From an uncultured Microthrixaceae bacterium (lineage in GTDB: Bacteria > Actinomycetota > Acidimicrobiia > Acidimicrobiales > VFJN01): a DNA stretch of 64,000 nucleotides. Position numbers and translations under genes: made by a program. The stretch lies in assembly GCA_963703565.1 (NCBI GenBank), contig CAVPEW010000043.1:2013-66012 (forward strand). Reading direction: 5' to 3'. Positions 29,799 through 39,900 of the stretch are shown piece by piece; within the stretch, counting starts at the first letter, position 1; each line of letters opens with the position of its first letter. The notes below the pieces were generated by a model that saw nothing but the letters and a program-made list of their open reading frames with translations, was not told the origin of the DNA and made no database searches.

Positions 29799-31265
29799 GT
29801 GACCGCAGATCACCACGACCGGTCGCCAGGCGCCGGCCCCGGAGGAGACCCCGGGGCCGGCGTCGGCGCGTTCCTGGCCGATGTCGCCGGGTTCCTCGAC
29901 CCCGGCGCGGTTCTGACCGACCCCGACCGCACCGCTGCCCACGCCACGGACTGGACCCGTCGGTTCCGCGGCGCCACCCCGGCGGTCCTGCGCCCGGCGG
30001 GCGTCGAGCAGGTGGCGGGCATCGTCCGCTCAGCGCGGCGCCACCGCGTGGCGCTGGTCCCCCAGGGTGGCAACACCTCCCTGGTCGGCGGTGCCACGCC
30101 GCTCGCCGGCGAGGTCGTCGTCGATCTGCGCCGCCTCGATCGGCTCGATCCCGTCGACTCGACGGCTCGGCAGGTCACCGTCGGCGCCGGTGTCACCGCG
30201 GCGCGCCTGGCAGCGCACTGCGCGCCCGCCGGTCTCGAGCCCGCCGTCGACCTCGCCTCGCGCGACACCGCCACCCTCGGCGGGATGGTGGCCACCAACG
30301 CCGGCGGGATCCACGTCGTACGGCACGGGCCGATGCGGGCCCAGGTGGCGGGTCTCGAAGCGGTGCTCGGCAACGGCGATGTCCTCGCCGCGAACCTCGC
30401 CGGGCTCGACAAGGACAACACCGGTTACGACCTCGTAGGCCTGCTCTGCGGCAGCGAGGGAACCCTGGGAATCGTCACCGCGGCCCGTGTGCGCCTGGTG
30501 GCGCGGCCGGCGTCGGTGGCCGCTGCGCTCGTCGGCTTCTCCTCCAGCGCGGCCGCCGTCGCGGCGGCGGCCGCGCTGGCGACCGTCGGGGCGGTGCGCG
30601 CCGTGGAGCTGATGCGCGGCACGGGGCTCGACCTCGTCGGAGCCCATCTGGGTGCCCCGGTGCCCCTCGACCCGGTGCCGGTGGCGGTCCTGCTCGTGGA
30701 GGCCACGGGCACCGCGGACGGTCCCGGCGCGCTCGACTCCCTCGCCTCCGCGATCGGTCGCCTCGACGGGGCCGGCGAAACCGTGGTGGCAGACCATGCG
30801 CGGGACCTGGCCCGACTGTGGCGTTGGCGGGAGGGTCACCACGAGGTGGCTGCGGGGCTGGGCGTCGTGCACAAGGCCGACGTCACGCTGCCCGCCGCGG
30901 GACTGGCCGCCTTCGTCGACGCGGTGGACGCCCTGGTCGCCCCTCTGGCCCCAGGCGCCACCACACTGGTCTACGGGCACGCCGCGGACGGAAACGTCCA
31001 CGTCAACGTGGTGGGCCCCGAACCCGACGACCCCCGGGTGCTCGACGCGGTCTTCGGCGCCGTGCTGGCCGCCGGAGGCAGCATCTCGGCCGAGCACGGC
31101 ATCGGCCGGGCCAAGCGCGAGTGGCTCGTGGCTCAACGCGGCGAGGTGGCGGTGGCTGCCATGCGCGCTGTGAAGGCCGCGCTGGACCCCGACGGCGTCT
31201 GCAACCCCGCGGCCCTGCTGGGCCCTCCGCAGCGGCCGGCGCGCCCGGCGCGCCCGACGCGCTAG
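29799..31265 (+). CDS. FAD-binding oxidoreductase (VAO/GlcD-like 2-hydroxyacid dehydrogenase)
   Basis: PQGGNTSLVGG, TNAGG, KDNTGYDL, GSEGTLG, GHAADGNVH, GSISAEHGIG. Confidence 0.9.
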   Translation: MTADHHDRSPGAGPGGDPGAGVGAFLADVAGFLDPGAVLTDPDRTAAHATDWTRRFRGATPAVLRPAGVEQVAGIVRSARRHRVALVPQGGNTSLVGGATPLAGEVVVDLRRLDRLDPVDSTARQVTVGAGVTAARLAAHCAPAGLEPAVDLASRDTATLGGMVATNAGGIHVVRHGPMRAQVAGLEAVLGNGDVLAANLAGLDKDNTGYDLVGLLCGSEGTLGIVTAARVRLVARPASVAAALVGFSSSAAAVAAAAALATVGAVRAVELMRGTGLDLVGAHLGAPVPLDPVPVAVLLVEATGTADGPGALDSLASAIGRLDGAGETVVADHARDLARLWRWREGHHEVAAGLGVVHKADVTLPAAGLAAFVDAVDALVAPLAPGATTLVYGHAADGNVHVNVVGPEPDDPRVLDAVFGAVLAAGGSISAEHGIGRAKREWLVAQRGEVAVAAMRAVKAALDPDGVCNPAALLGPPQRPARPARPTR

Positions 31266-32530
31266 CGGAACTGGTCGAGCACCGCCGTGGCCTCGTCGTG
31301 GCGCAGGACGAGCACGGCCCCGCTGGCGTTGCGGTCCGGGTCGGTCGGCAGGGTGTACGACGTCGGGTCGAGGTTCCGCATGCGCCAGGCGAAGCGCATG
31401 GCGTCGGTGAGGCTCATCCCGTCGTCGATGCGCAGGCCCTCGGCGGCCCCGCTGGCCGCGTCGGCCAGGGTGAACGGGTTGCGACTGTCGCCCAGCTCGG
31501 CGAACACCGCCCGCAGGAAGCTCTGCTGGCGCTGCACCCGGCCGAGGTCGGCGGTGGGGTCGGTGACCCTGCGACCGTCGATCAGCTCGCTGTAGTGGCG
31601 GGCCCGCACGTAGGCCAGCGCCTGGGGTCCGTCGAGCTCGTGGGGACCGGCCTCGGCCACGTCGAGGCCCGATCCAGCGTCGGACGCCGGGTGGGGGAAG
31701 TCGATGGTCACCCCGCCCAGGGCGTCCACCACGTTGGCGAACGACACGAAGTCGACCTCCATGTAGTGGTCCACCGGGATGCCGACCGACTCCTGCACGG
31801 TGCGGATCAGCCGCTCGGGCCCGCCGTTGTAGGCGGCGTTGATCTTCTGGGAGCGGTCGGTGCCGGCGATGGGAACGTAGAGGTCTCGCGGGATCGACAA
31901 CAGGCGGGCCGGGCCGTCGCCGAGGTGGAGCACCAGCATCGTGTCGCTGCGCGACCCCCCGTCCTGGCCGAAGACGGAGGGATCCAGGCCGGCCTCGCCG
32001 ATCGCGGCCGGATCACGGCTGTCGGAGCCCACGATCAGGTAGTTCTGGCCGCGGGCCGCGCCGGTCAGCACAGCGGAGACCGGGACCCGCTCGATCCGCC
32101 CGAAGATCGAGTTGGCGTACAGGTAGCCGCCGACCGCCAGGGCCACCAGCAGGAGGGGAAGCCCCACCGAGGCGATCAGCAGCACCCGGCGGAGGCGAGG
32201 CCGGCCGGGCAGCAGCCGCCGCCGCCGCGAGGGAGCCGAGTCCGGCCGAACCGGCCCGCGTGCGGCGGGACCCGACCGGTCCGCCCCGCCCCGAGCCGGG
32301 ACATCGGGCCCGGGACCCTCCGGTGCCGGAGCCGCCCGGCGACCGGCGTAGGCGGGCGGACGACGGCCGGGCGCGCCCTGGCCACCCGAACCGACCGGGC
32401 CCGCGGGACCGTGTGGCCGTTCGGCGCCGAGCGCGCCACGGCGGGTGCCGGCCACGGCCGCCGGCGATGCGTCGGTCGGGGCTGGGACGTGGACCCGCCG
32501 CGGGTCCCGGGAGGTGGGTCTCTCGCTCAC
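31262..32530 (-). CDS. LCP (LytR-CpsA-Psr) family phosphotransferase
   Basis: TM helix then NYLIVGSDSR, RSDTML, SIPRDLYV, KINAAY, ALAYVRAR, DLGRVQRQQ. Confidence 0.92.
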   Translation of the reverse strand: MSERPTSRDPRRVHVPAPTDASPAAVAGTRRGALGAERPHGPAGPVGSGGQGAPGRRPPAYAGRRAAPAPEGPGPDVPARGGADRSGPAARGPVRPDSAPSRRRRLLPGRPRLRRVLLIASVGLPLLLVALAVGGYLYANSIFGRIERVPVSAVLTGAARGQNYLIVGSDSRDPAAIGEAGLDPSVFGQDGGSRSDTMLVLHLGDGPARLLSIPRDLYVPIAGTDRSQKINAAYNGGPERLIRTVQESVGIPVDHYMEVDFVSFANVVDALGGVTIDFPHPASDAGSGLDVAEAGPHELDGPQALAYVRARHYSELIDGRRVTDPTADLGRVQRQQSFLRAVFAELGDSRNPFTLADAASGAAEGLRIDDGMSLTDAMRFAWRMRNLDPTSYTLPTDPDRNASGAVLVLRHDEATAVLDQFR

Positions 32531-32622
32531 CGGGTCCCAGACGCTACCGGGGCAGCCCGTCCGCGCCGGACCACCGCGCTGTCGCGGGGCCCCTGCCGCC
32601 CGGAGCCGGCCGGAGGCCGAGC

Positions 32623-34218
32623 TCAGCCCAACGAGATCCCGACCCCGTCGAGGCTGGCCATCTCGGCAAGGACGCCAGCGGCGGCGTCGAGCAGCGGGAG
32701 GGCGAGCACCGCTCCCGTTCCCTCGCCGAGGCGCAGCCCGAGATCCAGCAGGGGCTCGAGTCCGAGGTGCTCGAGCGCCACGGTCGCGCCCGGCTCGACC
32801 GAGCGGTGTCCCGCCAGCGCGTAGTCGAGCACCTCTGGGCGCAGCGCCGCCGCCGCCAGCAGGCCCGAAGCGGCGATGACCCCGTCGATCACCACCGGTA
32901 CCCGCGCGGCCGCCGCGCCCGTGACGAAGCCGGCCAGCGCGGCGTGCTCGAAGCCGCCGACCTCGGCGAGCACCTCCAGCGGAGCCAGACCGTCGGTGCG
33001 GGCCACCGCGGCCTCGACGAGCGCGACCTTGGCGGCCAGCACGGAGTCGTCTACGCCTGTGCCCCTCCCCGTCACCGCCGCCGCGGGACGGCCGGTGAAG
33101 GCGGCCACCAGGGCGGCCGCGGGGGTGGTGTTGGCGATGCCCATGTCTCCGGTCACCAGGCACGCCGCGCCGGCCGCGACCAGGTCGGCGGCCAGCTCGG
33201 CGCCGGCGTCGAGCGCCCGCAGGGCCTGGGCCGGCGTCATGGCCGGCCCGCGGCTGAGGTCCGCGGTCGCGCGGGCCACGCGGCGGCCACGCCACGGGGC
33301 GATGCCCTCGAGGCAAGCGTCGCGGGCTCTACCGGCCGAGGCGGCGACGGACGAGGGCTCCGGTACGGCGACCTCGCCAACGACGCCGACGTCGCACACC
33401 ACCACTGCGGCACCGGCTCGCCTGGCCAGGACGTTGACCGCGGCCCCGCCCCGGGCGAAGGTGGCCACCATCTGCGCCGTCACCTCCTGGGGCCAGGGCG
33501 AGACCCCCTGCGCGTGCACCCCGTGGTCGCCGGCGAACACGCCGACCGCGGCAGGGCGTGGCGACGGGGGAGGGCAGCATCCGGCGATGGCGCTCAGGGA
33601 GCGCCCCAGCGACTCGAGGCGCCCGAGGCTGCCCACCGGCTTGGCCAGACGGGCCTGCACGGCGTCGGCATGGTCGCCGGCCGCCTCGTCCACGGGTGCG
33701 ACGAGGAGGGTCGCGGCCACGTAGGGACCGGCCCGTTCGGTCAGCGCCGAGCGCACCACCACGTGCAACGGCCGACCGGCCCCGGCGCGGGCGAAGGCGG
33801 TCCCGGCTGCGGCTGCCGCGCCCCTGTCGGCATCGGTGTCACCCACGAGCAGCGCCCTTCCCGGTGCCACACCCAGCCGGGCGAGCGCGGCCAGCAGGCT
33901 GGCCGGATCGGGCTTCGCGGCCCCCACGTCGACGCTGGTCACGACCGCTTCGAGGTGCTCGTCGATGCCGCCACGCGCGAGGAGGAGGCGCACGTCGGCC
34001 TCGTCCATGACCGCCGTGTCGGTCACCGCGGCCAGCCGGACCCGACCGGCCAGGGCGGCCAGGGTGCGCGCCACGCCGGGGAGCAGGACCGGTTCGAGCG
34101 CCGCCACCGCCGTGCCCGGCGCCGCGTGCTCCACCAAGGTCCCGCCCACGTCGAAGCAGATCGCGTCGAAGCCGGGATCGAGGGCCTCGCCGAGGGGCCG
34201 GGCGCGGGGCACGCTCAC
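32623..34218 (-). CDS. cobT: HAD-hydrolase domain fused to nicotinate-nucleotide--DMB phosphoribosyltransferase
   Basis: N-terminal FDVGGT, KPDP, LVGD. C-terminal KPVGSLGRLE, FAGDHGV, GDMGIANTT, GRGTG, DGVI, LGLRLGEGTGA. One continuous frame from GTG 34218. Confidence 0.9.
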   Translation of the reverse strand: MSVPRARPLGEALDPGFDAICFDVGGTLVEHAAPGTAVAALEPVLLPGVARTLAALAGRVRLAAVTDTAVMDEADVRLLLARGGIDEHLEAVVTSVDVGAAKPDPASLLAALARLGVAPGRALLVGDTDADRGAAAAAGTAFARAGAGRPLHVVVRSALTERAGPYVAATLLVAPVDEAAGDHADAVQARLAKPVGSLGRLESLGRSLSAIAGCCPPPSPRPAAVGVFAGDHGVHAQGVSPWPQEVTAQMVATFARGGAAVNVLARRAGAAVVVCDVGVVGEVAVPEPSSVAASAGRARDACLEGIAPWRGRRVARATADLSRGPAMTPAQALRALDAGAELAADLVAAGAACLVTGDMGIANTTPAAALVAAFTGRPAAAVTGRGTGVDDSVLAAKVALVEAAVARTDGLAPLEVLAEVGGFEHAALAGFVTGAAAARVPVVIDGVIAASGLLAAAALRPEVLDYALAGHRSVEPGATVALEHLGLEPLLDLGLRLGEGTGAVLALPLLDAAAGVLAEMASLDGVGISLG

Positions 34219-36293
34219 AGCCCTCGCAGCACCTGCTCGAGCACTGGCGCGGCGCTGGCGTCGAGCGACGCGGCCACGCGACCGTCCTGCGCGGCGAGCA
34301 GCGCGTCGAGCGGGACGTGACGGGCGCCCATGACCTCGGCGACGCGGCCGGCCAGCCCGAGGCGGGCCGGCCCGAGCTCGCAGTCGAGCACCACGGCCTC
34401 GACGCCGCTGCCCGCAACCTTGGCCGCGGCGTCCAGCGCCGCCGTGAGGGGATCGCCGGGTCCGCCGGCTGTTGCCCGCCCGTCGGAGCACACGACCAGG
34501 ACCGGTCGGCGGCCCGCGGCGCCGACCGCCGGTGCCGTTGCGACGGCGAGCGCCTCGAGGATCCCCGCGGCGAGCGGGGTGGCTCCCCCGACAGGCACGT
34601 CTGCGAGCCGGGCCCGGGCGACCTCCACGCTGCCGGTGGGGCGCAGCACGGTCGTGGCGCCCCGGTCGCGGAAGGTCACCAGCGCCACCTCGTCGCGGCG
34701 CCGGTAGGCGTCGGCCAGCAGGCCCAGGACGGCGCCGGTCACCGCGGCGAGCCGATCCCGGGCGCCCATCGACCCGGAGGTGTCCAGTGCCACCACCACC
34801 AGCGTCCCGGCCCGCCCGTCGCGCACGGCGACCCGTGCGTCGCCGGGTTCGAACAGCGGGGCCTCCGGGCGCCCGGCGCGCCGGCGCGCCGCGGCGGTGG
34901 CAGTGGCCCGCACGGCCAGGTCGCGCCCCGAGGTGCCCGCCGGCGCGGGTTCGGCGCGAACCACGCGCCCACGCTCGCCGGCCGCACCCGAACCGGTCTG
35001 CCGTTCGCCGAGGCGCCCGGCGCCGCGGGCCGTTCGCCCGCCGGGACCAACCCGGCTGCCAGCCCCCGTGCCGCCGAGGATGGCGCCGGCCGCAGCGTGC
35101 AGCTCGGTCACGTCCGCGGCGCCACTTCGCTCGCCCGTCGTGGCCGACCCTTCCCCGCCGCCTCCCGGGGTGCCGCGCCCGGCGGTCGAGCCGGGCTCGC
35201 TGCCTCCCGTCTGCTCTCCGCTGCCTGCCGGGCCCGGGCCCAGCGGTCCGACGGGCTGCGGCGAGGGTTCGTTGCCGTGGTCTGCGCCGCGCGAACCGGT
35301 GCCACCGGTGCCTGGCAGGGAACCCTCGCCGTTCCCGTCTGCGCCGCTGCCGCCCGCGCCGTGCAGACCGGCGGCCTGGAGGGCTTCGGCGAGCTCGTCG
35401 GCGTCCAGGCCGGGGGCGTCGAAGGGGCCGCGGCGGCGCCGGTGGGCCAGAGCCAGCGGCGCCACCCGGGCGACGTCTCCGGGCCCGGCCACGGGCCGGC
35501 TCTCCCATCCGGCCAGAGCGGCCGCTGCCCTGGCCACCGCCAGGTCGGCGCGCAGGCCCTGCGCGCCTAGCTCGGCGCACAGCGCCGAGATCGCCTCCAG
35601 CAGCGCGTCGGGCAGGGTCGCGGGCGTCGTGGTCGCCAACCGGGCCCCCAACGCGGCCTCCTCGCGGGCCCAGGCCGCGGCGAAGGCCGCGGGGTCGGCG
35701 TCGAAGTCCACCCTTCGGCGAACCGCCAGGGCTCGGGTGGCGGGATCGGTGGGGGTCGTCACCTCGACGGCGAGGCCGAAGCGGTCGAGGAGCTGGGGGC
35801 GCAGCTCGCCCTCCTCGGGGTTCATCGAACCGATCAGCACGAAGCGCGCCGGGTGAACGTGGCTGATGCCCTCGCGCTCGACGACGTTGCGGCCGCTGAC
35901 GGCGACGTCGAGCAGCACGTCCACCAGGTGGTCGGCGAGCAGGTTCACCTCGTCGACGTAGAGGACACCGCCGTGGGCGGCGGCGAGCACCCCCGGCTCG
36001 AAGCGGCGCTCTCCGGCCAGGGCGCTCGCGAGGTCCAGGCTGCCGATGAGGCGCTCCTCACTCGCCCCCAACGGGAGCTCGGCGAAAGGGGCGTCGCCCG
36101 GCAGCAGCGCGGCCAGCCCGCGCGCCAGCGTGGTCTTGGCGGTGCCCTTGTCGCCTCGCAGCAGCACACCACCCAGTGCCGGGTCCAGCGCTCCGAGCAC
36201 CAGGCCCAGCTTCAGCTCGTCGGCCGCGACCACCGCGCTGAACGGGAAGCGGGGGGCCAGGTCTCGCCCGCCGGCGTCGAGGGCGGCGCTCAT
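34215..36293 (-). CDS. ChlI/ChlD-type AAA+/VWA chelatase subunit (cobaltochelatase partner of CobN)
   Basis: FPFSAVV, GDKGTAKTT, LYVDEVNLL, NPEEGELRPQLLDRFG, low-complexity linker, VWA DTSGSM...GGATPL...SDGRA. Confidence 0.9.
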   Translation of the reverse strand: MSAALDAGGRDLAPRFPFSAVVAADELKLGLVLGALDPALGGVLLRGDKGTAKTTLARGLAALLPGDAPFAELPLGASEERLIGSLDLASALAGERRFEPGVLAAAHGGVLYVDEVNLLADHLVDVLLDVAVSGRNVVEREGISHVHPARFVLIGSMNPEEGELRPQLLDRFGLAVEVTTPTDPATRALAVRRRVDFDADPAAFAAAWAREEAALGARLATTTPATLPDALLEAISALCAELGAQGLRADLAVARAAAALAGWESRPVAGPGDVARVAPLALAHRRRRGPFDAPGLDADELAEALQAAGLHGAGGSGADGNGEGSLPGTGGTGSRGADHGNEPSPQPVGPLGPGPAGSGEQTGGSEPGSTAGRGTPGGGGEGSATTGERSGAADVTELHAAAGAILGGTGAGSRVGPGGRTARGAGRLGERQTGSGAAGERGRVVRAEPAPAGTSGRDLAVRATATAAARRRAGRPEAPLFEPGDARVAVRDGRAGTLVVVALDTSGSMGARDRLAAVTGAVLGLLADAYRRRDEVALVTFRDRGATTVLRPTGSVEVARARLADVPVGGATPLAAGILEALAVATAPAVGAAGRRPVLVVCSDGRATAGGPGDPLTAALDAAAKVAGSGVEAVVLDCELGPARLGLAGRVAEVMGARHVPLDALLAAQDGRVAASLDASAAPVLEQVLRGL

Positions 36294-36992
36294 CGTCTGT
36301 CGGCGTCGGTGCCGGGCACTTCCGAGGGCCTGGGAGGCCGCCAGGGCGACAGGGGCCCGAGACCCGCCGGGGGCCCGGCGCGGTCCATCAACCAAGCCAG
36401 CAGCAGCTCCGGTGCCAGGCCGCCCGGCAGCGCGGGAGCCACCGCCTCGCGCCGGCTCGCCAGCTCCCGGAGGTGGGCGGGGAGCTCGGCGGCAACGTAG
36501 GACTCGGGCCAGTCGGCCGGCTCGTGACCCAGGCCCAGGTCGACACGGTGGACCTCGACCTCTCGCCAGCGCAGCAGGGGCAGCACGCGAGCCGACACCT
36601 CGCCCAGCGAACCGGTGAGGGCGCGACCCGACCAGGTGAGGGCATCGGAGCGCGCCCAGGCATCGAGCAGCTCGGTGCTCGATGCCACCACATCGGCCAC
36701 CAGCTCCGGGGCCCGACGGCGCGAGCCCGCCTCGATCTCCGCTTCGCGTTCGGTGGGCCCACCCGGGTACTGGGCGGCCACCTCGCCTCGCGAGGCCGCG
36801 CGCAGCATGCGCACGTGGCTGTCCGCGTTGCGGGCCAGGTGGGTCAGGACGTGGCCCACGCTCCAGCCGGCCAGGCGCGACGGGCGCGAGGGCGCCGCCT
36901 CTTCGAGCTTCTCCCACCCAGTCGGCCAGCGCCACCTCCGAGGCACGCGCCCCTTCGAGCTCTGCCGGACCGGCAGGGTGCGGCTCGGTCAC
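36290..36992 (-). CDS. MDMPI/DinB-superfamily (mycothiol-dependent maleylpyruvate isomerase-like) protein, apparent +1 frameshift near 36913
   Basis: PSRLAGWSVGHVLTHLARNADS, QYPGG, RWREVEVHRVDL. GTG 36992 overlaps the cobN stop; removing one base gives LADWVEKLEE. Confidence 0.78.
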
Positions 36993-39900
36993 CTTCGCTC
37001 CTCCCATCCCTCGGCCTCGAGAACGGCATCGCGCAGGGTGGCCAACGCCTCCTCGGTCGGCTCCGTCCACATGCCCCGCTCGACGGCCTCGAGCAGCCGC
37101 TCGGCGATCTGGCGCAGGGCCCACGGGTTGGATCGCCCGAAGAACGCACGCAGCCCGGGGTCGCCCACGTAGGCGGCCGTCACCCGTTCGTACATCCAGT
37201 CGGCGACGACGTGGGCCGTGGCGTCGTAGCCGAACAGGTAGTCGACCGTGGCCGCCATCTCGAAAGCGCCCTTGTAGCCGTGGCGGACCATGGCCTGGAG
37301 CCACTTGGGGTTGAGCACCCGGCTGCGCACGACCCGGGCCGCCTCCTCGTCCAGGGACCGCACCCGGGGCCTCGACGGGTCGGCGGTGTCACCGAAGTAG
37401 GCCCGGGGGGAGGCGCCTGTGAGATGGCGCACCATCGCCACCATGCCGCCGTGATCCTGGAGGTAGTCGTCGCTGTCGAAGATGTCGTGCTCGCGGTTGT
37501 CCTGGTTCTTGACGGCCACGTCGATCGCGGCGAAGCGGCGGCGCATGGCCGCCCGGGCCGGGACCCCGGCTCCGGCGCGCCCGTAGGAGAAGCCTCCCCA
37601 GGTCTCGTACACGGCGGCGAGGTCGGCGTCGTCGCGCCAGTTGCCGGACTCGAGCACGGCCAGGATGCCCGACCCGTAGCCGCCGGGGGAGGGGCCGAAC
37701 AGGCGGGGGTCGCCGTCCGCTGCGAAGCCGGCCAGCTCCACCGCCTCGTCGAGCAGGTCCACCACGTGGGGGAACGCGTCACGAAAGAAGCCAGATATCC
37801 GCAGGGTCACATCGACCCGGGGCCGTTCCAGCTCGGCTTCGTCGAGGCGGCGCAGCCCCGTCACCCGGCCGGACTCGGGGTGCCAGGTCGGCTCGACGCC
37901 GAGCAGGGCCAGGGCCATCGCCACGTCGTCTCCCATCGTGCGCATCGCCGCCGTCCCCCACAGCACGATGCCCACCACCTCGGGGGCTCGGCCCGTGTCG
38001 CTGCGGTGGCGTTCGATGCAGCGCTGGGCGAGGGTGCGACCCACCTGTACGGCCAGGGGCGAGGGGATGGCCTTGGGGTCCACCGAGTAGAAGTTCCGAC
38101 CGGTGGGCAGGACGTGGGCCATCCCCCGGGTGGGCGCGCCCGAGGGACCTGATGGCACCGGCCGGCCCGCCAGCGCCCCCAGCACGGCGTCGAGCTCGTC
38201 GGTGGTGCGTCCCAGGGCGGGCACGAGCCGGTTCGCCACCCACCGCAGCGTCTCGTCGCCGGCCAGCGACTCGTCCCCGAGTCGCCCAGGGTCCCAGCCG
38301 GCCACGGCGAGCGCCTCGACGCGCCGACGGCACTCATCCTCGACGGCGTCGGTCCCGGCGCGGTCGGCCACCTCGGCTCCCAGATCGACGCCCAGCTCGG
38401 CGGCCACGGTCGACCGCAGCGAGGGCACCGTCCCCTGGTCCACTCGGGTCACCGCCAGGACGAGGTCGACGAGAGCGTCACCCGCCGGAGGCTGCCCGAG
38501 CACGTGCAAGCCGCCACGGATCTGAGCGTCCTTGAGCTCGCACAGATGGCCATCGACGTGAAGTAGACGGTCATCGAAGACCTCCGTCTCCACACCCTCG
38601 ACCTCTACTTGAGATTGTGACCAGCCCAGGTCCCGGTGGATCTCGGCATCGACGAGGCAGTCCCACACCTGGCGACGGATCGCGGGGAGCTTGGCGGGGT
38701 CGAGCACCGCGCAGCGGGCGTGCTCGTCGAGGAGGGACTCGAGCCGCGCGAGGTCGTCGGTCAACCCGGCGCGCGTCATCGGGGGCACGAGGTGGTCCAC
38801 GATCACCGCGTGAGCCCTTCGCTTGGCCTGCGTGCCCTCGCCGGGATCGTTTACCACGAAGGGGTACACGAGGGGCACCGACCCCAGGGCGAGGTCGGGA
38901 TGGCACGACGCCGAGAGCCCCACGCTCTTGCCGGGCAGCCACTCGAGGGTCCCGTGCTTGCCCAGGTGCACGATCGCATGGGCGCCCCAGTGCTCGTCGA
39001 GCCAGCGGTAGAAGGCCAGGTAGTGGTGGGTGGGCACCAGTTCTGGGTCGTGGTAGACGGCCACGGGGTCGTCGCCGAAGCCACGCGGGGGCTGAACGGC
39101 GACGATCACGTTGCCCAGGTCCAGCCCGGAGAACAGCAGCGATTCGCCGGTCTCGTCGAGGTGCACCGTGCCGGGAGCGGGGCCCCACGTGGCCTCGAGC
39201 TGCTCCCGGGCCCCGGCAGGTACGCCGTCGAGCCAGTCCCGGTGCTCGGAGCCGCCCAGGGCACCCAGCGCTCGGGCCCGCTGGGCGGCCGTGAGCGTCT
39301 CGGCGTCGTAGGTCAGCGCGTCGGCCAGCTCGGCCATCAGGGCGTCGCCGTGGGCGGGGATGCGGGTGACCACGTGACCGGCGGCGGCGAGGGCTCGCAG
39401 CAGCACCACCGCCGATGCCGGGGTGTCCAGGCCCACCGCGTTGCCCAGCCGGGCCTTCTTGGTCGGATAGGCCGACAGCACCAGCGCCACGCGCCGCTCG
39501 GCCGGCGGGATGCGCCCGAGCATCGCCGTGCGCACGGCGAGCTGGGCGACTCGGGCGGCGCGGTCGGGTGCGGTCCGGTAGGCGTGCACGGGCGCGCCCA
39601 GCTCCTCCTCGCTGTCGACCACCTCTTTGAAGGTGAACGGGACGGTGATGATGCGCCCGTCGAACTCCGGGATGGCCACCCCCATGGCCACGTCGACCGG
39701 GGCGAGGCCGGCCGCGCTGTCGCGCCACTCCTGCTCGGGCCTGCTGACGGTGGGCGCCTGGAGAACCGGCACCCCTAGGCGAGCGAGCGCGCCGGCGTCC
39801 CAGACCTCGGCCTCGGAGCCACCGCCGGGGTCGGCGACGAAGGAGCCCGCGGCGAGCACCGTGGTGATCACGACGTCGACCCCGTGCTCGGTGAGCAGCT

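Noticed and set aside
35040..35400. Gly/Pro/Ser-rich stretch inside the chelatase gene as an insertion element
   Set aside because: A low-complexity linker between the AAA+ and VWA domains is normal for ChlD-type proteins.
32623..35580. 985-aa CobT ORF
   Set aside because: Only the part from GTG 34218 is plausible; the rest is an alternate frame of the chelatase gene.
34215..37304. 1029-aa extended chelatase ORF
   Set aside because: The upstream part is the frameshifted MDMPI start and cobN shadow; the chelatase begins at ATG 36293.
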